From Bryobacterales bacterium (lineage in GTDB: Bacteria > Acidobacteriota > Terriglobia > Bryobacterales > UBA6623): a DNA stretch of 64,000 bases. The notes beneath the pieces are model-generated. The model saw only the letters and a list, made by a program, of their open reading frames with translations, made no database searches and was not told where the DNA came from. The stretch spans positions 254,036 through 318,035 of the forward strand of contig OZ242039.1 in the NCBI GenBank assembly GCA_965205085.1, given 5' to 3'. Shown piece after piece: positions 29,195 through 39,232 of this stretch. Numbering within the stretch: position 1 is the first letter of the stretch; every line of letters begins with the position of its first letter. The position numbers and the translations under genes are program-made.

Positions 29195-32125
29195 ATGAAG
29201 CTGTGGCCTGCTTACACTAGGTGTGTGGAAGTGGAACGTGGGATCCCGAGGGCCTGCGGAATCGTCGCAATGTTCGCCCTGGCGGGTGCTGCATGGGCCC
29301 AGAATCCCGCCAGTCCGCAAGATGGTCGACCTGATGCCGACACGAAAGCCGACGTCCGGCCCAGGGACCGGCCGGAACTAGAGCAGGTCCGGCGTGCCGT
29401 GCAGGCATTCCGCCGGGTCACAGCCGAGGGCAACCTTCGGCCCGGTCAGCAGACGGTCCGCTCGGCCACGGCCTTGAAGGCACGAGGTGCCCGCCCGTGG
29501 CATGGCCGGATATTCGAATATTTTCGTAACGACGTGCTGGATGCAGTTCCGCATGAGGTGGTCCAGCGCGGAGGGGAGCGCAACCTCCGTCGCCGGAACC
29601 AGTTCGGCTTCACCGTGAACGGTCCGGTGGTCGTGCCGAGGCTGTACAACGGCCGTGGTTCCAGTTATTTCACTTTCTCCTACGAGGGGACGCGGGAGCG
29701 GGTCGGACGGTCGTATCTCTACTCGTTGCCGACTGTGCAGCAGCGCAGCGGGGACTTCTCCGATCTCGTCAATCGGGCCGGCCGGCCGTTGGCAGTCCAT
29801 GATCCCGCTTCGACCAGACGGAATCCCGTCCACGACCCTTCCCGCAAGGTCAGCCGAGCGAACCTCGAGTTTGTCCGCGACCCGTTTCCTAACAGTCGAA
29901 TCCCAGCTACGATTCTGGATGCCGTCGCCCAGGCGGCCGTCCGCGACTACACGGACCCGAACACGAACGTTGGCCCCTACCTGAGGAACAACTATTGGAC
30001 GAATCCCTCGGAGCGCAACACGCCCGACGGCTTCATTCTGCGGCTTGATCACAATCTCGGGGACATCCAGAAGATTGCTGTCTCGGCAAACGCCTCCAAC
30101 GGATTCGAGAACACGCCGGACTTGCTTCCAACCGTGGCCAATCCGGGGCGGCCGGACCGGATGTTCCGGAACCGGAAGGTCACAATCTCGGATACGGTGA
30201 ACCCGACACCCAGGCTCACCTATAGTGGCCGATTCGGGGCGAACCTTCATGTTATTGACACGCTCTCGCTGGCCCCAGCGGAGAATTTTCCGAAGTCGCT
30301 GGGGCTGGAGGGTGTTAGCGGTTCTGTGTTTCCGACGTTTCGCTTCCGGGGTTATCTCGGCATGGGGCCTTCCTCGCGATCGTATCTGAGGAACGCACTG
30401 ACCGACTACCGGTTTGATAACTCTGTCGTCGTTCGCCAGGGAGACCACACCTGGACTGTTTCGAGTGATGCCGTGCTCGTCCACTGGAACACACTCGAGC
30501 TCGACGCTCCGTCCGGAATCTACTCGTTCGATGATCGAATCACCGGCCTTCCTGGAGTCACCAACACGGGGGACAGCTTCGCGACGTTCTTGCTCGGCCA
30601 AGCGCACAGCGCCGAGGCCACCGATCAGCCCCATCCCGCCTACTTGCGTCGGAGCGGTTTCGAGAGTGCGGTCTCGAACCAGTGGCAGGCGACTCGGGAC
30701 CTGACCCTGTCGATGCGGTTCAATGTAGTCGTCGGCAGCCCACGATTCGAAAAACACTACCGGCAGTCGTCGTTCGACCTCGACGTGCCCAATCCAGCGG
30801 CCGGCTCGAACGGAGCCATGGTCTTCGCCGGTCATGACGGCACACCCGAGGCATTCCAGCCCTGGCGGATGCGCCTCGCGCCGCGCTTTGCCGTCTCCTG
30901 GAGCCCGACACAGGCCCGGGACACAGTAGTTCGTGGGACGGTCTATCGCTCTCACAGCACTGTTGGACTCAGAACGGGCCCGTTCGGCACACAGGGTTTC
31001 TCTGGGCGCCGGTCCCCGCTGTCGGCGAATCGCCAGTTGCTTCCTGCAGTCAAGCTGGACGCTGGTTTTCCGGCACTGGTCCGGCCGCTGCCTGACCTGC
31101 GGGGCGACTTTGCGAACAACACGGATGTGGACATGGTCCCGCGCACCGCTGCCCAACCGACCTACAACCAGGCGAGCCTGGAAATCGAGCACCGGCTTGC
31201 CGAGAGCCTCACACTGCGAGCGCGGGGGCGCACGATTCGTGGTCGGGATCTGTTGATAGGTGGACACCTGGCGGGCATCAACGCGATTCCGGTGACCGCC
31301 CTGACGTATCGGGACCAACTCTATGATGAGGGGTTTCGACGGAATCTGCGGCCCTTTCCGCACGTGCAGCAGGTGCGCATGAACTACCAGTATCCGGGTG
31401 GAAGGTACCGTTATGACGAAGGCAGGATCACGATTCAGAAGCGCGCCGGGGACGGCCTCAGCATGGACTTCGAGTACGCCTATCGAAAACGGCTGGACGA
31501 TTACTCGGGCCCTGGGATACAGGACCGGAGCGACCGTCGAACCGCATGGGGAATCTCTCGGGGCTTCCGGCCACAACGCCTTTCGTTATCCTACACTTAC
31601 GAGTTGCCCATAGGCCCCGGGAAGGTCATTCTGCCCGAGCGAGGCTTCCTGTCAAGGGTTCTCTCGGACTGGTCTGTCAGCGGGTACACCTCGTGGCTGA
31701 GCGGTGACCCGGTAGCGCTGGAACCTCTCTTCAACAACACCGGAGGCGTGGTCCCGTACCTGCGTGTGAATGCGGTCGCCGGAGTGGACCCACACGTGCC
31801 CAACCCAGGGCCAGAAGCTTGGTTCAACCCCACTGCATTCGTGGACCCGCCGGATTTCTCCCTCGGTACCGTTCCGAGAACCCATCCTACGCTGCGGAAT
31901 CCGAGTTTTTCCAATCACGACATCGCGATCACCAAGCGAGTTGCTGTCGCTCGCGATCAGAGCGTCGAACTGCTGGTGCAGAGCTTCAATTTTGTGAACC
32001 AGGGAAATTGGAACGATCCCGATCCCGAGATCGGCCCCACTCATGCCCGCAATGCCAACGCGGGCAAGATTATCGGGTCGCGCGGGGGGCGGGTCCTCCA
32101 GCTCGGACTCCGCTATCACTTCTAA
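29195..32125 (+). CDS. TonB-dependent-receptor-like outer membrane beta-barrel lacking recognisable CarboxypepD_reg and plug domains
   Basis: HGRIFEYFRNDVLDA, RRNQFGFTVNGPV and YFTFSYEGTRE match the post-plug region of acidobacterial TBDRs, and the protein ends LQLGLRYHF (terminal aromatic). Candidate starts 29177-29270 precede MFALAGAAWAQ. Confidence 0.7.
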   Translation: MKLWPAYTRCVEVERGIPRACGIVAMFALAGAAWAQNPASPQDGRPDADTKADVRPRDRPELEQVRRAVQAFRRVTAEGNLRPGQQTVRSATALKARGARPWHGRIFEYFRNDVLDAVPHEVVQRGGERNLRRRNQFGFTVNGPVVVPRLYNGRGSSYFTFSYEGTRERVGRSYLYSLPTVQQRSGDFSDLVNRAGRPLAVHDPASTRRNPVHDPSRKVSRANLEFVRDPFPNSRIPATILDAVAQAAVRDYTDPNTNVGPYLRNNYWTNPSERNTPDGFILRLDHNLGDIQKIAVSANASNGFENTPDLLPTVANPGRPDRMFRNRKVTISDTVNPTPRLTYSGRFGANLHVIDTLSLAPAENFPKSLGLEGVSGSVFPTFRFRGYLGMGPSSRSYLRNALTDYRFDNSVVVRQGDHTWTVSSDAVLVHWNTLELDAPSGIYSFDDRITGLPGVTNTGDSFATFLLGQAHSAEATDQPHPAYLRRSGFESAVSNQWQATRDLTLSMRFNVVVGSPRFEKHYRQSSFDLDVPNPAAGSNGAMVFAGHDGTPEAFQPWRMRLAPRFAVSWSPTQARDTVVRGTVYRSHSTVGLRTGPFGTQGFSGRRSPLSANRQLLPAVKLDAGFPALVRPLPDLRGDFANNTDVDMVPRTAAQPTYNQASLEIEHRLAESLTLRARGRTIRGRDLLIGGHLAGINAIPVTALTYRDQLYDEGFRRNLRPFPHVQQVRMNYQYPGGRYRYDEGRITIQKRAGDGLSMDFEYAYRKRLDDYSGPGIQDRSDRRTAWGISRGFRPQRLSLSYTYELPIGPGKVILPERGFLSRVLSDWSVSGYTSWLSGDPVALEPLFNNTGGVVPYLRVNAVAGVDPHVPNPGPEAWFNPTAFVDPPDFSLGTVPRTHPTLRNPSFSNHDIAITKRVAVARDQSVELLVQSFNFVNQGNWNDPDPEIGPTHARNANAGKIIGSRGGRVLQLGLRYHF

Positions 32126-32128
32126 CTC

Positions 32129-33013
32129 ATGAGAGCGGTCATTCTTGTTGCGCTCTCGCTGTGGCTTGCGCCCGTCGGCTGGTCGGTCGGCTTCAAGCTG
32201 CCCGTTTGGGGGGGAACGCGACTGGCCAGCTTCGATGTGGCGGTGAACGGAGACACTGTGTCCGTCAACTCGGTCCAGACCCCGGACGACAAGCTCATCT
32301 TGCTCCTGGTGTCCGATACGGTGCGGTATCCGGACAGGGTCGACGTGGCGCGGAAGGCGCTGCTCGCCAAACTGACCGAACTGGGTGCGAACTACTACGT
32401 GGGAATATTGACCGCGCAGGACGGGCTTTTCGTGCGACAAGATCCGGTCCGCAACCGGCGCAAGCTCGCGGAGAGACTGGAGTCGATTGAGGTGCGCGGG
32501 GTGCCCGGGCTCCTTGATGTGATGGTGGAAGTCTCGCGAGTGGCCGACGCCACGTTACGGGCGGCGCAGATCCGTCTGGCTGTCCTGTTCCTTACCGATG
32601 GGGAGATCCAGGACTATCGTGGCGACTACACAATTCCAGTGATCAATCCCAGCGACCGCAGCGATTTGAGCCGCCGGTTCGGAGCGCAACTCATCCTGGA
32701 GCGGATCCGGATGATCGTGAACTCGCTCGAGTCAGTCCAGGCCCCATTGTTCTTTATCCATCTGGCGAGACAGTACGACGACCTTAACGAGGTGTACCAG
32801 AACGGCATCAGCGAGTTTGCGCAGGTTACGGGAGGGCAGGCCCTGTTCGCCCAGGGGCTGCAGGAAATACCGGCCCTGGTCGGACAGGCCCTGGACGAGA
32901 TTGCGAGCCACTCTGTCATAACGCTGGATATCCCTTGCCGGGGTTCCCTTCGATTGCAGGTCAGCTCGGGCGGAACCCGGTTGCGCCATCGAGACACGTT
33001 CCGATGCCCTTGA
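32129..33013 (+). CDS. Secreted hypothetical protein, possibly VWA-like
   Basis: Signal peptide MRAVILVALSLWLAPVGW. ILLLVSDTV and LAVLFLTDGE occupy positions like the beta strands of a VWA fold, but there is no clear DxSxS MIDAS motif. Weak call. Confidence 0.4.
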   Translation: MRAVILVALSLWLAPVGWSVGFKLPVWGGTRLASFDVAVNGDTVSVNSVQTPDDKLILLLVSDTVRYPDRVDVARKALLAKLTELGANYYVGILTAQDGLFVRQDPVRNRRKLAERLESIEVRGVPGLLDVMVEVSRVADATLRAAQIRLAVLFLTDGEIQDYRGDYTIPVINPSDRSDLSRRFGAQLILERIRMIVNSLESVQAPLFFIHLARQYDDLNEVYQNGISEFAQVTGGQALFAQGLQEIPALVGQALDEIASHSVITLDIPCRGSLRLQVSSGGTRLRHRDTFRCP

Positions 33014-34026
33014 GAGGTCTCTTAACCCCAACCAGCTACGCCTCCGGGCGAGGGCGGCATCGCCGGGCTGTACATTCGTCGGGGGCGGGGAACGTTGGTA
33101 CGTGGCATCGCACGGTCGCAGGATGCCTGTTGGTCGTCGCAACCATTTCGATCGCTGTGGGGCAGCAACCCGGCCCGACCGGGGAACGGCGTCTGCCCCC
33201 CGGAGTGAAGAAGCATGCTGACTTGGTCTACGCGATGGTCGGCAAGAGGGCACTTCACGTCGATGTCTATGCTCGCGTGGATAAGCCGGACCCGCCCATC
33301 CCGGTCATCGTGTGGGTGCATGGCGGCGGCTGGCGAGGTGGGAGCAAGAATGGAATCGGAAGGGCTGCAGCGCTGCTTGCACGGGGCTACGGTCTGGTCT
33401 CCGTCGAATACCGTTTGAGTGGAGAGGCAGTCTTTCCGGCAGCAATCGCCGACGTGAAGGCGGCGATTCGATGGGTACGGGCCAACGCCTTGCGGTTCGG
33501 GTTTGATCCGAACCGAATTGGGGCGTGGGGCTCCTCGGCCGGAGGCCATTTGGTGGCGCTGCTGGGGACGGCTCATGAGATTTCGGATTGGGATCGCATG
33601 CACGAGGGGAACAGTGGTGTTTCCTCACGACCGGACGCCGTGTGCAACTGGTTCGGACCGACCGACTTTCTGCGGATGAATGACTTTCCTGGACGGATTG
33701 ATCACGATGCAGCTGGCTCGCCCGAGTCGCGTTTCATCGGAGTGGCCATCCAGGAGAATCCGGAGCGGGTGCAACGGGCGAACCCGATCCGCTACATCAC
33801 CCCTGACGACCCGCCGATGCTTCACATGCATGGCGAAATGGACCAGTCTGTGCCGTACAATCAGAGCGAACTGCTTCACGGAGCACTGCAAGCTGCTGGA
33901 CTTGATTCCTCCCTGTACATGGTGAAAGGTGCGGATCACGGATTCCGTCAGATGACAGAAGACACGCCCGAAACGCTTCTCAATCGAGTCGTGCGGTTCT
34001 TCGACCGTACGCTTGGCAAGCACTGA
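33004..34026 (+). CDS. Alpha/beta hydrolase (esterase/lipase-like)
   Basis: VWVHGGGWRGGS (HGGG oxyanion), GAWGSSAGGHL (GxSxG), C-terminal GADHGF. ORF opens at 32935, so the start is uncertain. Confidence 0.8.
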   Translation: MPLRGLLTPTSYASGRGRHRRAVHSSGAGNVGTWHRTVAGCLLVVATISIAVGQQPGPTGERRLPPGVKKHADLVYAMVGKRALHVDVYARVDKPDPPIPVIVWVHGGGWRGGSKNGIGRAAALLARGYGLVSVEYRLSGEAVFPAAIADVKAAIRWVRANALRFGFDPNRIGAWGSSAGGHLVALLGTAHEISDWDRMHEGNSGVSSRPDAVCNWFGPTDFLRMNDFPGRIDHDAAGSPESRFIGVAIQENPERVQRANPIRYITPDDPPMLHMHGEMDQSVPYNQSELLHGALQAAGLDSSLYMVKGADHGFRQMTEDTPETLLNRVVRFFDRTLGKH

Positions 34027-34082
34027 TCCACTCTAATGGGGAGGGACCGTCGCCGATCGTTCAACTGGTCGTAGTTGACAAT

Positions 34083-35238
34083 TGCCGGTTGCACTAGGAA
34101 GTGCAACGGCGGGCGGAGGGGTCTAAGGTCCTGATTGGCCTATCGTAGGGGAGAAGCCTCCAAGCATCGGACATTCTGCCATCTGCCATTCGACGAGCGC
34201 TGCCCGATCCGCGCCTTGCACCAACGGGGAGCCTCGGTCAGCGCCATTGCCCCTCAGCTCCAGCACGACTGGAGCGCCGAGCAGGTGGCTGGTTACCTGA
34301 AGCGGGTCGGAGCGGTGTCGGTCAGCTTCTCGTGGCTCTACCAGCGGATTCGCCAGGACCGCGCCCAAGGCGGCTCGCTGTACACCTCCCTGCGGCAGCG
34401 CGGCAAGCCGCGCCGCTGCAAGGCCAGCCGGGGCAGCGCCGGCCGCGGCTGAATCCCGGGCCGCAGGGATATCAGCGAGCGCCCCGCGATCGTCGACTCG
34501 AAGCAGCGCTGCGGGGACTGGGAGGCCGACACGATCATCGGCAAGGCCCATCGGGGAGCCGCCGTCACGCTGGTGGAGCGGAAGTTGAAGTACCTGCTTG
34601 CTCAGACAGTTAGCCGGAAGACCGCCGCTCTGGTGGGCGACGCGATGCAGAACCTGCTGCGGCCCTTCTCGGCCCTGGTCCTGACCGTGGACTGCGACAA
34701 CGGGAAGAAGTTCGCCGGCCACCGCCAGGCCGCCGAGGCGCTCGACACCGACATCTTCTTTGCCCGGCCCTACCGCTCCTGCGAGCGCGGCCTCAATGAA
34801 CATGCCAACGACCTGCTGCGCCAGTTCGTGCCCAAGACCGAGAACCTGCGCACGCTCGACCCGCAAAGGCTGCAGGAAGCCATCAACCGGCTCAACCACC
34901 GTCCCCGCAAGGTGCTTGGCTACCGTACCCCGTATGTGGTCTTCCGCGCCGACTGCCTCAAGGCCGGCATCGACCCGCCACCCGCAGCCCCGGAACCCTC
35001 TCCTCTCTGGTCGGGGCCGCAACGCGGCGCCTCCCCGACCCACTTCCCCCTTTCGAGCTGGCGGGCCCAGCCCGCCAGCGCCCCTGTCGTCCGGCCGCCT
35101 TATCGGGCCAGCTCCTGCTGCCGCCCCCCCCCGGAGCGTCGCCTTGACAGCACCCCCGCCTGCCGTATCCTGCTAGCAACTCAACCGCCCACTCCAGGGG
35201 CCTTCCTCCCGACCGTTGCGTTGCGATGTGCAATGAGC
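34083..35238 (+). mobile_element. IS30-family element, copy C, degenerate
   Basis: Left end TGCCGGTTGCACTAGGAAGTGCAAC at 34083, hairpin 35058-35078, TTGACA 35144-35149 / TATCCT 35166-35171, IR-like end at about 35215-35238. Confidence 0.85.
34135..34950 (+). pseudogene. IS30-family transposase with a ~55-codon internal deletion and an in-frame TGA at 34450
   Basis: HLPFDERCPIRALHQRG..[deletion]..WSAEQVAGYLKRVG..GSAGRG*IPGRRDISERP..CDNGKKFAGH..RSCERGLNEHANDLLRQFVPK..LNHRPRKVLGYRTP. Confidence 0.85.
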
Positions 35239-35767
35239 GCCCTCTGGTCTAGAGTTCTCGCTAGGAATGACGAACAGCATCTACATGGGATGTTCGGATG
35301 AAAGCAGCCCGAATGCGTGACATCTCCACCCCAAGGGCACGTTGGCAATGTTCCTTCGGGCGCTCAACAGCTGCCTTGGCCGACTAGCCACAGCTACCCC
35401 GGCCGGGCGGCGCTCGGCTGTCTGACCGGGTTGGCCCCCAGGACCGGCCAGCGCCTCGGTGCGGTCGAAGCGGGCCTTGCCGCAAACACGCGGTCCAGGC
35501 CGCGATGCCCCAGGTGATGGACCACCGTCTCCACACGGAATACGGGCAATCGGGGCGCGATTCAGGGCGGGTGGTCAGGAAATGCCTTGCGTCGAATGGC
35601 CCACCGAACGGTCACTCCGGCTGGGACGTGGACCCTCGGACGAGACGCGGCGAATCCATCCAATGGTATTCCCGGTGGTTGGGGCGGGCATGAACCGGCC
35701 GTTGTAGCGCCACCCCGCTGAGAGCGGTGCCGGGTTGGAGGTCGCCCCTCCCCGCGGAACGGGACGT

Positions 35768-37414
35768 TCAGCGATCATTGATGACAAGCCCGGTCCGGCG
35801 GGCGTAGTCGTCCCAGTTGGAGGCGAGGCGACGCACAATGCCCGGGTTCTGGCCTGCTACGTCGGTCGTCTCACTGCGGTCATTCCTGAGATTGTAGAGT
35901 TCCCATCGGATTTCGTGTGGCATGCGTTTGCCCCAGACAGCTTTCCACTCGCCCTGGATCACTGCCCGCGCACCTTGATGCTCGAAGTACAGCGTGCGCT
36001 CGGGCAGACGCTCGCCGTCGAACACTGGCAGCAGATTCACGCCTTCTTCCGGTTCGATTTCACGGCCTGCGAAATCGGTGGGGTAGGCGGCTCCGGCTGC
36101 GGCCCTAAGCGTCGGCATGATGTCCATGATGTGGCCGCGTTCCCGCACCCATTGGCCGCTGTGCTCAATCCCGGCCGGCCAGTGGGCTATGAACGGGGTG
36201 TTGGTGCCACCCTCGTGGGTGAAGTGCTTGTAGAACCGGAACGGCGTGTTGCCCAGATTTGCCCAGGCGCTCCCATAAGAGTGATACGTTCCAGGGCCTC
36301 CCATCGCTTGCAGTTTCTCGCCGGTGTGCAGAATGGTGACCCCCTGTCGACTGCGCCCGTCGAAGCCGAACGGGCCCCATTCGTAGCAGGCACCGTTGTC
36401 ACTCAGCATCATGATCAGCGTGTTGTGGAACTGTCCGGTCTGCTTGAGGTGCTCAACGATCATTCCGACGCCTCGGTCGACATGCTCGACCATTGCTGCG
36501 AACAAGGCCATTCGCCGGGCGAGGTCCGTCTGGCGCGGTTTGTCGATCGAGGTCCAGGCGGGGTTGGGCTTGCCTGAGAACCCGTTGGCGATGTCAGCCC
36601 GATCGACTGGAACCAGAGAGCGGTCGGCGAGTTGCCAGTGACTGCCGTCGAGCAGTCCGATTCGCTTCATCCGCGCGAAGCGCTCCGTCCTCAGGGCGTC
36701 CCATCCGCGCAGGTATCGTCTGAAGTACTTGTCTGCGCCGCTCGCTGGAGCCTGGAGCGGGAAATGCGGCGAGGAGTGTCCCAGGAAAACGAACCAGGGC
36801 TTGTTCCGCTTTTGGCCCTGCTTGATGAACTCCAGTGCGTATTCATTGAAGACGTCGGTTGCGTAGAACTCGCCCTGAGGAGGGTCGATCTCTTTCTTGC
36901 GACCCGGTGGCATCCGCTGGTAGTAGTTCCCGTCCCATTGGTCGTGCGAGTGGTCGAAGGCGTAGCCGTAGAACTCCTCGAATCCCCGGCTGGTCGGACC
37001 CGTCTCGTCGTGCAGATGCCACTTCCCGACGTAATAGCAGCTATAACCGGATTGGCCCAGCACCTCACCGAGAGTGACGCATCGGTCGTTGAGACGGCCG
37101 TGGTATGCGGGTCCCCGCGAGGGATGCGGGTCGCGGGTAGTGAAGCTTGCGATTCCGGCCTGGGGAGGATAGAGGCCGGTCATGAGCGAGGCGCGGCTGG
37201 GGCAGCAGCGGGCTGAGTTGTAGAAGGACTCGAATCGGATGCCCCCTTTGGCCAGGGCGTCGATGTTGGGGGTGTCGATTTCGCCGCCGTAACAGCCCAG
37301 GTCCGAGTACCCGAGGTCGTCAAGAAGGATAACGAGGATGTTCGGCCTGTCGGCCGCAACAGCGAACGGTAGCGTACCGATCACGAGCGAGAGGATTGCC
37401 GCGCTTCGGATCAT
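35768..37414 (-). CDS. Arylsulfatase (Cys-type)
   Basis: Signal peptide MIRSAAILSLVIGTLPFAVA, then PNILVILLDDLGYSDLGCYGG...CCPSRASLMTG. Confidence 0.9.
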   Translation of the reverse strand: MIRSAAILSLVIGTLPFAVAADRPNILVILLDDLGYSDLGCYGGEIDTPNIDALAKGGIRFESFYNSARCCPSRASLMTGLYPPQAGIASFTTRDPHPSRGPAYHGRLNDRCVTLGEVLGQSGYSCYYVGKWHLHDETGPTSRGFEEFYGYAFDHSHDQWDGNYYQRMPPGRKKEIDPPQGEFYATDVFNEYALEFIKQGQKRNKPWFVFLGHSSPHFPLQAPASGADKYFRRYLRGWDALRTERFARMKRIGLLDGSHWQLADRSLVPVDRADIANGFSGKPNPAWTSIDKPRQTDLARRMALFAAMVEHVDRGVGMIVEHLKQTGQFHNTLIMMLSDNGACYEWGPFGFDGRSRQGVTILHTGEKLQAMGGPGTYHSYGSAWANLGNTPFRFYKHFTHEGGTNTPFIAHWPAGIEHSGQWVRERGHIMDIMPTLRAAAGAAYPTDFAGREIEPEEGVNLLPVFDGERLPERTLYFEHQGARAVIQGEWKAVWGKRMPHEIRWELYNLRNDRSETTDVAGQNPGIVRRLASNWDDYARRTGLVINDR

Positions 37415-37615
37415 CGGAACGCGACTGGAGGTTGGCTGGGCGCGTCGTTCCGGCAAGTTCCCATCGGAGCACATCAGGTTATGCCGACTCGGACCGACGC
37501 ACATTCACCCCAAGGCGTTTCAGGTTCTCCCGACGATGCGGCCCGATGGTCAGGATGGTGGTGCAGGGAGCCTTCCCCATGATATTGGACGCAAGAGAGA
37601 CCCTCGACGTCGCCA

Positions 37616-39232
37616 TCACCTGTCAGGCAGGTTGTTCGACAACTCGCTCAGTCGTTCCGGGTCTTCCACAACAAGGAACTGCCCCATCATTCCGTTGTCC
37701 TCGTGCTCCATGATGTGGCAGTGGTACATGTACGGATTGTCGGGGTCGGCATATCCCTCGAACGCCATGATGATCCGTACGAGATCGCCCGGGGGAACCA
37801 GAACAGTGTCTTTCCAGCCGAGTTCGGCCCCGGAGGGCAGTTGGCCATTGCGGTCGAGAATCTGGAACTGTACCAGATGTACATGGAGGGGGTGGGGCTG
37901 CGCACCACGATTGCTCACTTCCCAAATCTCAATGTCTCCCAGCCGTACGACCTCATCAATCCTCGCCATATCCATGACCTTGCCGTTGATCGGCGGTCCC
38001 CGCAAGCCACCTCGTCCACGCCGTCCACCGCGTCCTCCCTGAACGGGACCCGCCAATACCATCGGCCGGCTCTTGGCCGCGCTTGCCTCGTCAATGCGAG
38101 TGATGGTGTTGAGCCGGTCCGGCAAGGAATGAGATGGCCGACTTGCCGGTACAGGAACGATTCCCAGCAGCTCCATGTGTCCCGTCCCGATGCCCGCCAG
38201 GGCAGCCTCGACCGTCTCCAGCAATCCGGCTTCCGGAAAGCCCTTCAGTACCGTTTCAGCCCCATCGCTGAAGTCAACCAGGATCTCGGCCCGCTCCCCC
38301 GGGGCGAGAACCACCCGGCTGGTGAGCAGTGGTGTCTCGAGGAATCCGCCGTCGGTGGCGATCTGATGAAAGCCTCGGTTGTCATCGAACCCGACGTGGT
38401 AGATCCGTGCGTTCGAGCCGTTCAGCAGTCGGAGTCGAATCCGACGTGCCTCAACCTGCAGAAACGGATTCCAGGTTCCGTTGACCAGCACAGTGTTCCC
38501 GTAGACAGCCCCTTCATTGACGTTGAACAGAAACGCTCCGTCGCTGGCGAACTGCCGGTCCTGGATCACGACGGGGATGTCGTCGATGCCGTAGGTCTTG
38601 GGAAGGTCCAGCGCATCGCTGTTGTCGTCGTCGATCCACAGGAGACCGCTGACTCCCCGATAGACCTGCCGTCCGGTATTGCCGTGAGGGTGTGGGTGGT
38701 ACCAAAGTGGAGCGGCCTGTTGATCGACCCGAAAGCTGGCCGTCCACGATTGTCCCGCCTGGATCGTCTGATGGGGTGTTCCGTCCATCCGAGCCGGAAC
38801 GTGCATGCCGTGCCAGTGCATGGTCGTCGTTTCGTCCAGATGGTTGTGGACGATTAGATCGACGTCCTCTCCGCGACGAAGTCGCACGGTCGGCCCCAGA
38901 TACGGGCCGTTGACACCGGCAGTCGCCGTTTGCAGTCCGGGCAGGAACTCGCGACTTCCCTCGGCTACGGTTAGAGGGATCTGCCGCCGACCGTCGATGA
39001 CGGTTCCAAGGATCTGGTCGGGAATCCGCAGTTCGTTCTCAAAGGTTAAACCCCCGTTGCCCACCCGCATGAACGTGAACCAGTAGCAGATCACGGCCGA
39101 CAGGAAGAAGACTGCCAACAGACCCGTCGCCGTCCGTCTCGCCCGGGTCGGCAGCCGTTTCCAGCGGCTGCCGGCTCCGACTCTGCCTGGCCTGGTTCGG
39201 GACGTTCGCGCGATGGTCTGCCTCATGATCAC
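37616..39232 (-). CDS. Multicopper oxidase (three cupredoxin domains), N-terminally membrane-anchored
   Basis: Copper ligand motifs HWHGMH, WYHPHPHG, HPLHVHL and HCHIMEHEDNGMM. Its ATG overlaps the stop of the upstream permease (ATGA at 39229-39232). Confidence 0.9.
   Translation of the reverse strand: MIMRQTIARTSRTRPGRVGAGSRWKRLPTRARRTATGLLAVFFLSAVICYWFTFMRVGNGGLTFENELRIPDQILGTVIDGRRQIPLTVAEGSREFLPGLQTATAGVNGPYLGPTVRLRRGEDVDLIVHNHLDETTTMHWHGMHVPARMDGTPHQTIQAGQSWTASFRVDQQAAPLWYHPHPHGNTGRQVYRGVSGLLWIDDDNSDALDLPKTYGIDDIPVVIQDRQFASDGAFLFNVNEGAVYGNTVLVNGTWNPFLQVEARRIRLRLLNGSNARIYHVGFDDNRGFHQIATDGGFLETPLLTSRVVLAPGERAEILVDFSDGAETVLKGFPEAGLLETVEAALAGIGTGHMELLGIVPVPASRPSHSLPDRLNTITRIDEASAAKSRPMVLAGPVQGGRGGRRGRGGLRGPPINGKVMDMARIDEVVRLGDIEIWEVSNRGAQPHPLHVHLVQFQILDRNGQLPSGAELGWKDTVLVPPGDLVRIIMAFEGYADPDNPYMYHCHIMEHEDNGMMGQFLVVEDPERLSELSNNLPDR

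Noticed and set aside
29378-31576. 732-aa ORF on the minus strand
   Set aside because: Lies entirely antisense to the TBDR-like gene. It has an Arg/Pro/Gly-rich, low-complexity composition typical of shadow ORFs in high-GC DNA, and no motifs.
34123-35043. 306-aa minus-strand ORF across IS30 copy C (similar antisense ORFs occur in copies B and D)
   Set aside because: The + strand carries clear IS30 transposase motifs. The antisense frame is open only because of GC-rich codon bias.
35735-36577. 280-aa + strand ORF (also 37703..38857, 384 aa)
   Set aside because: Antisense to the sulfatase and the multicopper oxidase respectively. Shadow ORFs.
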